NCBI GenBank assembly: GCA_964016885.1
Contig: OZ024748.1
Span: 1,116,001 to 1,180,000, forward strand
Length of the DNA: 64,000 nucleotides
DNA from: Eledone cirrhosa
Taxonomy: Eukaryota
Direction: 5' to 3'
Shown: positions 1 through 14,608 of the stretch, piece by piece
Layout of the letters: the number at the start of each line of letters is the position of its first letter
Numbering within the stretch: position 1 is the first letter of the stretch
Notes under the pieces: model-generated
Database searches by the model: none
What the model was told of the DNA's origin: nothing
The model's input: only the letters and a program-made list of their open reading frames with translations
Made by a program: the position numbers and the translations under genes

Positions 1-870
1 ATGTAGAAATATTATACTCAACACGACAAGATAGATGGCCTTATGCAACTAGAAAACTATTATAACGTAACCACTAGTAACCAGTGTATGACTAGAAAAA
101 TATTTAATGAAGGATAATGGAAGATTAATACAAATAGCCATGAAACATGAATAAAATAAGAAATTGTTTTCTATTATGAAGGAAGCCAACAAATTCAAAA
201 CAGAAGCTGGACTGGCAGATAATTATGAAGAAAATGAAACCACAGAAGAAACAGTAACTGTGAAAAAGCTAAAATCCAAATTGTAGACATCTCCAGAATG
301 TTATGCTACAACAATAGCAAGAAAAAAACCTTACATGGCCAATAACCAGAAAAAAAAATGAATAGGGAGGAAGTGGACAAATAAAATTCACAAAACTGGT
401 TAAGAAGCACATGACTGACGGAAGCTGAGACAGTCCAAGATCAAATCTTTCCACACAAGAAACCACCAAAATAAATTATGAAGCAGAATGTAGTAAGAAA
501 CTGCAAATGTGGTGATTGGGTATAAACATTTAGCCATATTATCTCTGGCTGTCCAGTTTTACCCCTAAAAGAATATATTTACAGACATAATAACGTTGGG
601 ATTTATATACACTGGAACACTACGAAATAGCAATAGAAAAAAGACGATACAAATATACACCAGCAAAATTTTCTGAGCATGTCAAAGCAACCATTCTTTG
701 GGATATGCCAATACACACAGACAAGGAGAGCAAAGCCAACCAACCAGTTATTATAGTGAAAGATCACAAATAAAATATATCTTCTGATTGATGTATCTAT
801 CCCCACAGACGACAATATATCCATCAAGGAAATGGAGAAATTATCTAAATATAAAGATCTGGAGATAGAT
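1..870 (+). mobile_element. Degenerate 3' part of a restriction-like-endonuclease non-LTR retrotransposon (R4/Dong or R2/NeSL-like)
   Basis: Broken frames give a CCHC knuckle remnant (C..CG...HIISGCPVL.PKEYIYRHNNVG.YIHW) and the REL motif TILWDMPIHTDKE..ANQP..I.VKDHK..YLLIDVSIPTDDNISIKEMEKLSKYKDLEI, with stops and frameshifts. Confidence 0.85.
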
Positions 871-896
871 GATGAAAACAGATGATGAAAATTTGA

Positions 897-1568
897 AGGG
901 AAGAGAAAAGTCGATTAAATTGATCGCAGTGTATTACTGGTACTTTATTTCATCGACCCCGTAAGGATGAAAGGTAAAGCTAACCTCGGTGAGATTTGAA
1001 CACAAAACGTAGCGGGACGTAACTCTATTTTGCAGAGCATGGTGTCCGATGCTCTACGTTTTTGTCAAAATATTTAATAATACCAACAACATCAACAATA
1101 ATAATGGTTTCTTATATAGGCTCAAGGCCAGCAATTTTGGGGGAGGGGAAAGTCGCTTAAATCGACCCCAGTGCATTACTGGTACTTTATTTTATCGACC
1201 CCGTAAGGATGAAAGGCAAAGCCAACCTCGGCAGGATTTGAACTCAGAACGTAAAGGGCCGTAACTCTATGCTGCAAAGCATTATGTCCGACGCTCAACC
1301 GTTTTTGCCAAAACATTCAATACCACCACCAACACCACCAACACCACAAATAACAACAACAACAACAATAATAATAATAATAATAATAATAATTGTTTCT
1401 ACTTTAGGCACAAGGCCAGCAATTAACCAGTACATTACTGGTACTTTATTTTATCGACCCCGTAAGGATGAAAGGCAAAGTCAACCTCGGCGGGATTTGA
1501 ACTCAGATCGTAAAGGTACGTAACTATGCTGGAAAGCATGGCGTCCGACCCTCTACCGATACTGCCAA
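897..1568 (-). mobile_element. Three adjacent copies of a tRNA-derived SINE with a Meta/MESC-like central domain
   Basis: Reverse strand has an A-box-like TGGCAGTATCGGTAGAG, B-box GAGTTCAAATCC and GCCTTTCATCCTTACGGGGTCGATAAAATAAAGTACCAGT; copies at ~897-1065, 1106-1310 and 1394-1568, next to (AAT)n tails. Confidence 0.85.
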
Positions 1569-1642
1569 TAATAATAATAATAATAATAATAGAAAGGTAA
1601 AACAATAATGGCTTTGGCTAAAAATAAACATAGCCAACCCAA

Positions 1643-1933
1643 ACTACTCCAACAACTACTACAACTACTACTACAACTACTACTACAACTACTACTACTA
1701 CAACTACTACAACAACTACTACAACTACTACTACAACTACTACTACAACTACTACTACTACAACTACTACAACAACTACTACAACTACTACTACAACTAC
1801 TACAACAACTACTACAACTACTACTACAACTACTACTACAACAACTACTACAACTACTACTACAACTACTACTACTACTACAACTGCTACAACTACTACT
1901 ACAACAACTACTACAACAACTACTACAACAACA
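1643..1933. repeat. (CTA/CAA)n trinucleotide microsatellite
   Basis: Seen directly; it explains the poly-L/Q ORF. Confidence 0.95.
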
Positions 1934-2187
1934 AAAAGAGCTAAATGGATTACGTTATTGTTTTATTTGTGTCTTTCTGTTTCCTATGAGATACAATCTG
2001 ATACAAAATGGCGGACTGACTAAAATGTCAATTTTACTTGGTTTTGTTTTTTGTTATTTTTTTTTCACTGGGGGATGTAATTTTATTATTATGATTATTT
2101 CTCTTTTGTATTTCAATCATGATAGGAGTTTCATAGACAGATGTTGTGGGAGGAAACATGATTTTTAAATATATACCATAAATACGC

Positions 2188-2270
<83 letters not shown>

Positions 2271-2275
2271 ATATG

Positions 2276-2342
<67 letters not shown>

Positions 2343-2374
2343 GGTTTGAGGTTCACCACTGTATAGAGCTGGTC

Positions 2375-2447
<73 letters not shown>

Positions 2448-2650
2448 TATGTATACGTACATACATATATGTATACAGATGTACAGTAGTATGTATATAT
2501 ATATATACATACATGCACACATATATATATGTACGTATGGATTCACCGAACATTTATTATAATGCTCGGTGTGTTTGTAAACAAACGTCCCGTATTAAGC
2601 CGTAGTGTCTAGCAACCATCGTTGCTCGTTTGTTCAACACTGACAAAGGA

Positions 2651-2693
2651 ACGCTGTACTAGTTTCAAGCTTATTAGCTATCGTCAGCAACGT
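2651..2693 (-). ncRNA. Minimal type I hammerhead ribozyme (PLE-type), apparently intact
   Basis: Reverse complement: ACGTTG CTGACGA t AGCT aata AGCT t GAA ACTAGT A CAGCGT. Stem I is 6 bp (one GU), stem II 4 bp, stem III is the palindrome ACTAGT, cleavage triplet GUA. Confidence 0.85.
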
Positions 2694-3099
2694 ATACCTT
2701 CCTGCCAGATGATTGAACGTCTGAAAGTATATACTTTCCTTATGCATATTAACGGCTGAGTAGCCCAATTTGCATATCGAGTGGGTTAACATAAAGTACC
2801 AGTAATGTACTGGTGTTGTTGCTGGCCTTGTGCCAAAAGTAGAAACAATTATTAATTTACTTCTGGAGAAATTAGATGAGGCAGAAGATGGAGTGGGGGG
2901 TTGGGTGGATGACGGTGTGAGTGGTAGGGGGAGATGGCGGTGTGTGTGTTAGAGGGGGGAGGGGGTAAATTAAATTAAATTAATTTTTTTCTCCATCCAC
3001 TTCCGTTACTAAATGTTTTCTTTATAAAATATCATGTTAGGAGAACTTTGCTTTTGTTTTTTTTTCGCTTCTTGTTTGTGTTTTTTTTTTGGGGGGGGG

Positions 3100-3425
3100 G
3101 GGGGTAGGTTTGTCTTGTGGTGGTGGGTGTTTGGTGAGGTAGGTTGGCTGGGTTTGTCTTTGGGGGGGGGGTAGGTTGGCTGGGTTTGTCTTTTTTGGGG
3201 GGGTTGTGGTGTTTGGTGAGGTAGGTTGGCTGGGTGTGTCTTTTTTTTGGGGGGGGGGGTGGATGGGTGTGTCTTTTGGGGGTGGTTGTGGTGTTTGGTG
3301 AGGTGGGTTGGTTGGGTTTGTCTTTTTTTTGGGGGGGGGGGGGGTTGTGGTGTTTGGTGAGGTGGGTTGGTTGGGTGTGTCTTTTGGGGGGGAGTTGTGG
3401 TGTTTGGTGAGGTAGTTGGCTGAAA
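3100..3425. repeat. G/T-rich imperfect tandem repeat (~60 bp) followed by GA-rich low complexity
   Basis: Recurring GTGGTGTTTGGTGAGGTRGGTTGG unit with poly-G runs. Confidence 0.85.
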
Positions 3426-3636
3426 GAGAAAGAGGTAGAGAAAGAGGTAGAGAAAGGGGTAGAGAAACAGGTAGTGAAAGAAGGAAAGAGAAAGAGGTAG
3501 AGAAAGAAGGAAAGAGATAGAAAGAATGCCAGGTAGAAAAAGTATCTTGAAGGAGAGGGTGATAGAGAGAGGGAGAAGGAGAGAGAGAGTGAGAGAGGAG
3601 GAGAGGGAGGGAGAGAGAGAGAAGGAGAGAAGGGAA

Positions 3637-3667
<31 letters not shown>

Positions 3668-3846
3668 TGAAAGAAAGAAGAGATATAGAGAAAGAAAGAG
3701 ACAGAGTTATATGGGGAGAAGACAAAAAACTCGCTAAATATAAAATATGTTTAATGTTGATAAATAAACGAGAATACTGTTGTAAAGGGATAACAATTAA
3801 TATAATTGGTCAAAGATATATATATATGTATATATATATATATGTT

Positions 3847-3907
<61 letters not shown>

Positions 3908-3920
3908 GTATATATATATG

Positions 3921-3972
<52 letters not shown>

Positions 3973-3974
3973 AT

Positions 3975-4368
3975 GTAGGAGGTGAGTTTTATTGTAGTAC
4001 AATAAAGCAATGCAGATATCGGATAAGAAGCACTCTACAGTTTGTAGGACTGGAGTATGCATAATATAAGATCAAAAGATGGTTAAAGGAGTTCCATGTA
4101 TTTTATTATGCGCATTTCAAAAACAAACATCATCATGCAATAATATTTGTGTTTTCATCAGATAAAACAGGAGAACATGATATGAAGGCTAAAAAACACT
4201 TGTGATTTAAAACTGCACTATCCACAAGTGTTTTTTAGCCTTCATATCATGTTCTCCTGTTTTATCTGATGAAAACACAAATATTATTGCATGATGATGT
4301 TTGTTTTTGAAATGCGCATAATAAAATACATGGAACTCCTTTAACCATCTTTTGATCTTATATTATGT
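3975..4368. mobile_element. (TA)n-flanked fold-back element; second copy at 58197-58615
   Basis: 4059-4204 is inverted at 4222-4368; a near-identical family member sits at 58197-58615 with a different loop junction. Confidence 0.75.
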
Positions 4369-4383
4369 ATATATATATATATG

Positions 4384-4668
<285 letters not shown>

Positions 4669-4737
4669 TTAAGCGTCAGTCATACAAAAGTGAGTTACAA
4701 ATGAAACGAAATTTAATTTCGTTTCGTTATTTGTTTT

Positions 4738-4768
<31 letters not shown>

Positions 4769-5062
4769 ATATTAAATAAATGGAAACTATATTTATAAAA
4801 GCAGAGGATAAAATAGTGCTAGAGAGAGAGAGAGCGACAGAAAAAAACAAGAGAGGATGAATAAAACTCATATAACGTTAATTTGAGGGAAATATATTCA
4901 AGTATATATCTTAATAGTAAGTGTATTTAGGATTATTAGTTGTTTAAAATTTGTTTATAATATAATATTTTTCTTCTGTTATAGGTAGATATATAAATAA
5001 ATAAATAAATACGTATTTATTTATTTATTTATTTATCTATTTATCTCCTATTTCTAACTCTA

Positions 5063-5098
5063 TCTTCTGATGAAGGACTAGTGTCCGAAACGTTAAGA
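5063..5098 (+). ncRNA. Minimal type I hammerhead ribozyme (PLE-type), apparently intact
   Basis: TCTT CTGATGA a GGAC tagt GTCC GAA ACGT T AAGA. Stem I TCTT/AAGA, stem II GGAC/GTCC, loopless palindromic stem III, GUU site. Confidence 0.85.
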
Positions 5099-5189
5099 CC
5101 CACTTCCTGCTATTTCAAGCGTTAAACTAATATATTTCTTCCATATACTGTACCGTTTGTTTTGTTAATTTTGTCATTTCTGTTTACCT

Positions 5190-5290
<101 letters not shown>

Positions 5291-5377
5291 AGAGAGAGAC
5301 CGAGTGAGAGTTTAAAGGAAAGAAAGATTGAGAGAGATACAAAGACAATAAGAGTGGATATATATGTGAGAAAGAGA

Positions 5378-5414
<37 letters not shown>

Positions 5415-5607
5415 GGAGAGAGAGAGAGCCTCGCTTAACATGATTCATATCGATTATCATTGAAATTTATTTATATTACTAAATCATTTTCCCAATATCG
5501 ATAGAGTTTATCAAGTTTGCTTCACACATTATTTTCTTATAATATATAATTACGGGGGAGTTGTGACAAATAAACTGTTTTACAGGTAAGTTTCGTGTGT
5601 TTCACGC

Positions 5608-5783
<176 letters not shown>

Positions 5784-5824
5784 GTGTGTGTGTCTGTGTG
5801 TGTGTATACGTAGATATGCATATG

Positions 5825-5882
<58 letters not shown>

Positions 5883-6589
5883 ATATATGTATATATGCAT
5901 ATGTATTTATATATATATATATGTGTATATTTGTGTATGTATGTATGTATATAAATATATGTATATATGGATATGTATGTACATCCTAAACGGACGGTAG
6001 TCCGTTTAGTTTAGTAATATTGTTGTGGTCGTGTTTTCGTTGGTAATCGTCTGTTTACCACAGTACAGCGCGGCTCTACAGTAGATCATTACGCATCTTT
6101 TGGCTTAAAAATCTAGAAATTTGGTCCAGCGGGAAAAAGTTTATAATCAAAGTTTGCTGATAAATTTTGTGTTCAAGTGAGTGAGTAGTAAGCGTGACAC
6201 TAGGGGAGGTAATCCAGAAATGACGACGTTTGGAAAAGTTTAATTACTGCATGAAAGAAATGATTCAAAAATTGAACTTGCCCAATCTTCACAACATTGA
6301 AAATTGGTCAAAATTTGACAAATCTGACTTCAAACCAGATATGATTCATTTGAACAATGTTGGAAATCTTAAATTGACACAGATTTTTGCCAATGTTTTT
6401 GCCACCTGATCCTTGTTCTATGGCTGACTGACTAATTTTGTGACTTAATAAAATGTCATCATACTAATAATGCACAATGGTCATTTTTAAATTTAAATTT
6501 TATTAAATAGTTGTTGCTTGCATTGCCTTAAAATAGTAACAAGAATGTACACATACTTTTTAAAAATACATCATTATCAGTCAAATCAG

Positions 6590-6949
6590 TCAAATGTCAC
6601 TAAAAGCCAGGTGGTCGATAACAACTTCTATAAGATTAGTTACATGCTCACACATTGGATCACCTCTCATCAATGGCATTGGGTGTCTGAGATAATCGTG
6701 GAGATAACTGATGAAGTCACAAATGAAGTGATGGTCTTCCAGTGTGAACAACTCCCTATATCCATTGATATATGTGATGGCTTCCGATTCATAGGTGCAT
6801 TGTATGAGGAATTCCATGCATCCGATTTTCAGTGATTCAATGGGCATTTTATCAGAGATGATAAGGTATTTGACCACGTTTTGCTTTGTAAGTAAATTGG
6901 AGAGAATCACTGCAGTCAAAGTCATTTCTTTGCATGGGTTTTTGTCCAT
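6590..6949 (-). CDS. Orphan 119-aa ORF, unknown product
   Basis: Non-repetitive ORF (MDKNPCKEMTLTAVILSNLLTKQNVVKYL...). The ATG is 1 nt after a pyrimidine-rich TTTTTAG acceptor (6951-6952), and AATAAA lies ~85 nt after the stop (6499-6504). Confidence 0.35.
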   Translation of the reverse strand: MDKNPCKEMTLTAVILSNLLTKQNVVKYLIISDKMPIESLKIGCMEFLIQCTYESEAITYINGYRELFTLEDHHFICDFISYLHDYLRHPMPLMRGDPMCEHVTNLIEVVIDHLAFSDI

Positions 6950-7249
6950 TCTAAAAAGTTAAAATGATAAAGTATTACTATTATATAACTTACATCTATT
7001 GTTGTAACACCATTTCACCAATTCACTATTATGCACTAATCATCTCAAATACATTCATAATTTACTAGCTTTGTCATTAAGCCAGTTGCCTCAAAAGAAC
7101 TTTAAAATGTCAATCACTTGTCAGTAATTCACTATGATCATTTAATTATTAGATAGTTGTTGCTTGCATTGCCTTAAAAAATAGTAGACCAGATAGAAAA
7201 ATGCGTACAGCAAAAAAAAATAATATTGTTGGAATATAAACCTTTAAAA

Positions 7250-7366
7250 ATACAGGACAAGAAACTAAAATAAAACTTTAAAAGAATAGGACAAGAAACT
7301 AAGATAAAACTTTAAAAGAATAGGACAAGAAACTAAGATAAAACTTTAAAGAATTGGACAAGAAAT
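7250..7366. repeat. ~33-bp tandem repeat, 3-4 copies
   Basis: AGGACAAGAAACTAAGATAAAACTTTAAAAGAAT repeated. Confidence 0.85.
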
Positions 7367-7514
7367 AAAAAAATTTACAATATATATATATATATATATC
7401 GACAAGATCCCAGATCCCATTTGTTCAACGAGTGGAGTGGGGGCTCGTCAAATCTGATCAAGGAAACAATGTTTCCATTGGTCGTTTCTATTGCTAAAGC
7501 TATCTGTCGGTTGT

Positions 7515-7628
7515 AAATCCAAGCAGAGCAACGTGGTATAAAGTGTCTTGCTCAAGGATATAACGTATCACCCGGTCGTAGAATCAAAATCACAACCTCA
7601 TTTTTGCGAATCCAATTCACTAACCAGT
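7515..7628 (-). mobile_element. Old tRNA-derived SINE fragment with CORE-like domain
   Basis: GAGCAACGTG..ATAAAGTGTCTTGCTCAAGGA; same family as 13170-13380 and ~27825-27950. Confidence 0.65.
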
Positions 7629-8003
7629 GTGTGTGTGTGTGAGCGCGCGTGCGCGTGTGTGCATGTGTGTGGGTGTGTGTGTGTGTTAACGACGCTCACG
7701 GCATAGTGATCCGTATAAGCCCGTCCGACCCACCACTCACTCAATGAGGCCTAAGACCTAAGATCTGAACGATGGAACGCAGCAAGTTATTTGTAATGGG
7801 GACTGCTGAACGTGAATAATGGTAAACTTTATACCAATTATTCCCAGGTATTGACAGATCAGACATGTGCAGCAGCACATGTGCTTCACAGTGGCTACAC
7901 CTGGCATAAACTGAACAATCCTCTCGATAACACTTCATCAGCGGGAAATTAATAAGGGTGGAGATTCGATCACGAGCTCTCCAAGATCCTTCAGGAATAA
8001 AAT

Positions 8004-8054
8004 GACTCCTGATGAAGCTTGGAAAGGTTATTAGAAGCTGAAACTACCCGAGTT
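8004..8054 (+). ncRNA. Degenerate hammerhead motif
   Basis: GACTC CTGATGA AGCTT..AAGCT GAAAC taccc GAGTT. Core, stem I and stem II are present; stem III and the cleavage triplet have decayed. Confidence 0.5.
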
Positions 8055-8141
8055 CCCCACCAAATCTCCACCAATTTATATACACAAAAATTAATGATAT
8101 TTTAAATTGTAATATAATTTTTTTTCACACATTAATGTGCA

Positions 8142-8268
8142 ACTTTCTCCAGCCGCAACCTGGTGCAGTCTGCGTCTAACCCAGGTTCTGCTGCACGTCG
8201 GGCTGAGGAAGCCAAATTCTCCTAATACCGGTCGCTCTCCGACAGGTTTGCGGTCGTACCCTTGGCAG
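8142..8268 (+). mobile_element. CRE-clade non-LTR retrotransposon endonuclease fragment
   Basis: Translates TFSSRNLVQSASNPGSAARRAEEAKFS*YRSLSDRFAVVPLA, matching the CRE REL pattern GSAA..AE..K..KY..L...F.P.A. Confidence 0.7.
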
Positions 8269-8699
8269 GCATGCAGTTTCTCCCTGATTAGGTTTACTGG
8301 CGGCCCGCGTTCCAAAATACCTTTTCCCGTGCAACGCCGGGTACCACTGCTTGTTATTAATATTCAAAAAGCTCAGATTCCATTTATTGTATTCAACCAT
8401 GCAGAGCGAAAATCTTTTATTATATATATATGTATATATATATATGAGAAGATAAATTAAATTTCGTTTATGTAGATCAAATCTATTATGTTTGAGGTGA
8501 ATGCATAAACAAAATAAATATAGAGGACTGCTTACCAAATATTTTTCTCGACGTGTTCCTTGTAATGTGTATTATAGGTATTCAGTTTAAAAGGTTATGT
8601 TACAATTCCCAAGGAGACGATCACAGAGTATTTATAAGTATAAATATGGTACCAGGAAAAAATCAGGAAAAACTAGGCAGGAAGATGTGGTGGCTAGAA

Positions 8700-8885
8700 G
8701 GTGGAGACTTCTGGTGTCCTCGGCCCTAGGGATACCTCCCTACTCACCACCATAGGCGCTGAGCTGGCCAGACGCAGGTGTGAGCCTCGTGAGTTGTAAT
8801 GGCTCTTCTAGCGCTTCTCCCTTGCCGTCCTCCGGCGAAATACCTTCTCCATTCTGTCCGCCGGGGCTGTGGGGAGGCCATCAAT
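8700..8885 (-). mobile_element. Dispersed repeat, probable LINE 5' region; related copies at 32940-33135 (+) and 38400-38600 (-)
   Basis: Shared GGCC(T/G)CCCCAYARCCCC..GGACAGAATGGAGAAGGYGTTT motif in three places. Confidence 0.6.
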
Positions 8886-9284
8886 ATGATTGATTGACTT
8901 GTCATTTTATCCTGTACATCCGTGGTGGTTCTCTATCTGTCTGGTTGTAAACAGATATTTCGCTTGAAATTAAAACAAACAACTCTTTGATGATTAACTA
9001 CATATGGATGAGAACAAAACGAATTTTATATTATTAATGTGCAACTTTTAGAGATGGATGGCAAATCAGTTTTGAGATGCATGTATATATAATTTTCTAG
9101 GAATTACCATACATAGATTAGTCGCTTCTAGGTGTGTTGCATGAAACTCTAGACACTATATGCAAATGGTCTACGCCCTATGACCAAACTATTTTGTTCG
9201 TAGGCAAAAATGAGAAAAAATGTGCTAAGCAGAGAATTCTTAGTTCTGCACAGACATATTATATTAATTAATTAATATTTAAGT

Positions 9285-10742
<1,458 letters not shown>

Positions 10743-10960
10743 AACTACCAACGCCTCACATTGCCTGCTTGGAGTTTTTAAAATAGTTTATCTTACAAAA
10801 AAAAATGATAAATAAATTAATTAAATAACAAAATATATCCCAATTACACAGAACAAATAAATGGCTGTCTCTGTTTCCTGTTGAGTAGATATGTATGTGT
10901 ATATATAACATAATATAATATAATATTGTGTATATATATGCGTGTGTGTGTGTGTAAATC

Positions 10961-11030
<70 letters not shown>

Positions 11031-11038
11031 ATGCAAAT

Positions 11039-11075
<37 letters not shown>

Positions 11076-11148
11076 TTGTTTTGCTTGAAACATTCCACAA
11101 TCCTTCCGAAAGTTGCAAACAAAGCACAGTGGTAGTAGGAGGAGGAGA

Positions 11149-11726
11149 ATACATACATACATACACACACACATACATACATACATACATACATACATAC
11201 ATACATACATACATACATACATACACACACACATACATACATACATACATACATACATACACACACACATACATACATACACACACACATACATACATAC
11301 ATACATACATACATACATACATACATACATACATACATACACACACACATACATACATACATACACACGCACATACATACATACATACATACATACATAC
11401 ACACACACATACATACATACATACATACATACATACATACGTACATACATACACACACACATACATACATACATACATACACACATACATACATACACAC
11501 ACACATACATACATACATACATACATACATACATACATACATACATACATACATACATACACACACACATACATACATACATACATATATACATATATAC
11601 ATATATACATACACACATACATACACACATACATACATACACACATACATACATACATACATACATACACACATACATACATACACACATACATACATAC
11701 ATACATACATACATACATACATACAC

Positions 11727-11757
<31 letters not shown>

Positions 11758-11775
11758 CACATACATACATGCACA
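11149..11775. repeat. (TACA)n/(CA)n microsatellite
   Basis: Seen directly. Confidence 0.95.
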
Positions 11776-12222
11776 CATTAATACATAGATACGTTAACAC
11801 ACTCACACCCAAACACCAATCATTTAACCTTCACACCACAAAACCTAAACTTGCATAAGTATGTATTATCATCATTATTCCTATGAAAGCGTGAAAAAGC
11901 GAGAGGCAACGAGAAAGACGAATGGAATACAAAATAAGACGCTGTATTTTCTAAGAGAATGGTGGTATGGCGGTAATGGGCGAAAATAAAATGGAGGAGA
12001 AGCAATGTACACACGAGTTTTAATAAATTCTGTTTTCGTAACGGCTTTTTCCAGATATGCATTATATGAAAATATAATTCGTTTTATTCTGTTCTACAAT
12101 GGCGAAATATTTCTTAAAATTTATCCCCAAAAATTGTTGACTAAGAACACTGTTTGTTGTTGTTTGTTGTTGTTTTTTGTTGTTTTTTAATGTTTTTCTC
12201 ACTCACATTGTGTATGTAAGTG

Positions 12223-12309
<87 letters not shown>

Positions 12310-12812
12310 GTGTGTGTGTGTGTGTGTGCGCGTGCGTGTGCGTGTGTGTGTGTGTATTTACATGATAAACAACACAATATATCTTCTTTACCTTTTCTAC
12401 GGAAATACATAACACATAGGCATATATATATATATATATACACATACACATATATATATATGCCTATATATATATATACATACACATATATATATATGCC
12501 TATATATATATACATACACATATATATATATATGTATGCCTATATATATATAAACATATAGGCATACATATATATGTGTAAATATATATGTGTGTGTGGA
12601 GGTGGGGGTGGGGGGGGGGGGTATATACTTATGATTTGTCCATTAGGAAACAAAAAATCGAACAAATGCGATCCGCCATTTTTAGATCTTCCTACATAAG
12701 GTCACGTGCATTCTAATTTTTTCTGATTTGTGTATGTTAGCGTTAGTGCGCTTATGTGTGTGTTTTTGTGTCTGTGTGTGTGTGTATATGTTTGTGTGAG
12801 TCTGCTAGTGTG

Positions 12813-12874
<62 letters not shown>

Positions 12875-13169
12875 AGAGTTAGTGTGCTTGTGTGTGTTGT
12901 TAGAGCACTCTGAGTGTGCATGTGTGCGAGCGTGTTTGCAAATGTGTGTGTGTGTGTGGTGTGTTTGAGTGTGGTGGAATGTAACATAGTGTAGAGTGGT
13001 GTTGTCTAATGTAGTGTGGTGTAGTGTGGTGTGGTGTGGTGTAGTGTAGGGTGGTGCAGTGTAGGGCGGTGCAGTGTAGTGTGGACCTCCGTCGTTTCTG
13101 ACGATGAGTGTTCTAGTTGTTTGAACAACGATACAGTCTGCTCGTGAAATTACGTGTAATTGTTTGAGC

Positions 13170-13380
13170 ATTCCTTAACGTAGTATTCAGGGAGATTCAG
13201 TGTGACACAGTGTGTAACAAAGCTTGACCTTTGAATTACAAGTACAACACTGTTCTACAGCTGAGTGGATTGTAGCAACGGGAAATAAAGTATCTTGACC
13301 ACGGGCACAACGCATCGCTAGGAATCGAACATACGACTTCACGACCGCAAGCCGAATACTCTAACCATTGAGCCACACAT
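13170..13380 (-). mobile_element. tRNA-derived CORE-type SINE
   Basis: Minus strand starts GTGGCTCAATGGTTAGAGTATTCGGCTTGCGGTCGTGAAGTCGTATGTTCGATTCCTAG (A and B boxes), then a CORE-like domain. Confidence 0.75.
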
Positions 13381-14015
13381 TTAATCCTGTACGCCAACTT
13401 TTATTTTTATCTCCTATGTAATGTTTGACTCCTTTTAGCCTGTCATTTAACGTGCTTAATGGCGGTCCTGCGTTTCCGGTTAATGGCGGATTTTATTACA
13501 GACCGCCATATTAAAGTTTGTTTCGTGCTAATAAACACAGGATTTACTATATATGGAGGCTGGTAGATAATCAGGTGTGTATTTTCTATAATCTCTATAC
13601 CCATTCCACCGCCAGTTCTGAATCTACTGTGTGTATGGATTATTTCGCCTTGTGACTTTGTATCATTCTCAAAAATGAAACAGCCCTTGAAAAATGAAGG
13701 AATACGGAAAGATATTTCATTCCAAATACAGGAATGGTTCAAGAATGGTTTATAGTGGTGCGGATTAAAGGTTAATTTTACCTGTTGTTTCTAGAATATA
13801 ATCCCTATTTCTTAATCCACCGAGAGTTAGTCGTATCATACACGGAAATGAAGCGAATGTGTGTTTACTCACGTATACACACGTATATACACATGTACAC
13901 ATATGTATACATGTGTACACATATGTGTACATATGTATGTAAACATATATATACACGCATACTTACACAGGCAGAGTTACCTTCCTCAAAACAAGGTGAT
14001 AAGTCTTCTAGAAAT

Positions 14016-14073
<58 letters not shown>

Positions 14074-14128
14074 GTTACTACTACTACTGCTGCTGCTGGT
14101 GCTGCTACTACTAGTAATACTACTACTA

Positions 14129-14190
<62 letters not shown>

Positions 14191-14200
14191 GCTACTGCTG

Positions 14201-14250
<50 letters not shown>

Positions 14251-14528
14251 GCTACTACTACTACTACTGCTACTAAACTCCGAGAAAATGTTATTGTTGA
14301 TGTTGTTGATGAAGTTGTTGTTGTTGTTATTGCTGTTGTTATTGTTGCTGATGTTGTTGTCGCTGTTGTTGTTGTTGTTGTTGTTGTTGTTATTGTTATA
14401 ATTGTTGTTATTGCTGTTGTTGTTGTTGCTGCTGCTGCTGCTGCTGTTGCTGTTGTTGTTGCTGCTGTTGTTGTTGTTGTTGCTGTTGTTGTTGTTGTTG
14501 CTGTTGTTGTTGTTGCTGTTGTTGTTGT

Positions 14529-14562
<34 letters not shown>

Positions 14563-14573
14563 GCTGCTGCTGG

Positions 14574-14607
<34 letters not shown>
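14016..14607. repeat. (CTA)n/(CTG)n and (GTT)n/(GCT)n trinucleotide microsatellites
   Basis: Seen directly. Confidence 0.95.

Positions 14608-14608
<1 letters not shown>

Noticed and set aside
4266-4290. CTGATGAAAAC in the fold-back arm (also 58520)
   Set aside because: No stem II hairpin followed by GAAA and a closable stem III.
12665-12712. YY1-like CCGCCATTTT plus E-box CACGTG as a promoter (also 46090)
   Set aside because: Short motifs with no linked first exon or other support.
13300-13380. tRNA gene
   Set aside because: A and B boxes are present, but it continues into a SINE body and has no complete cloverleaf.
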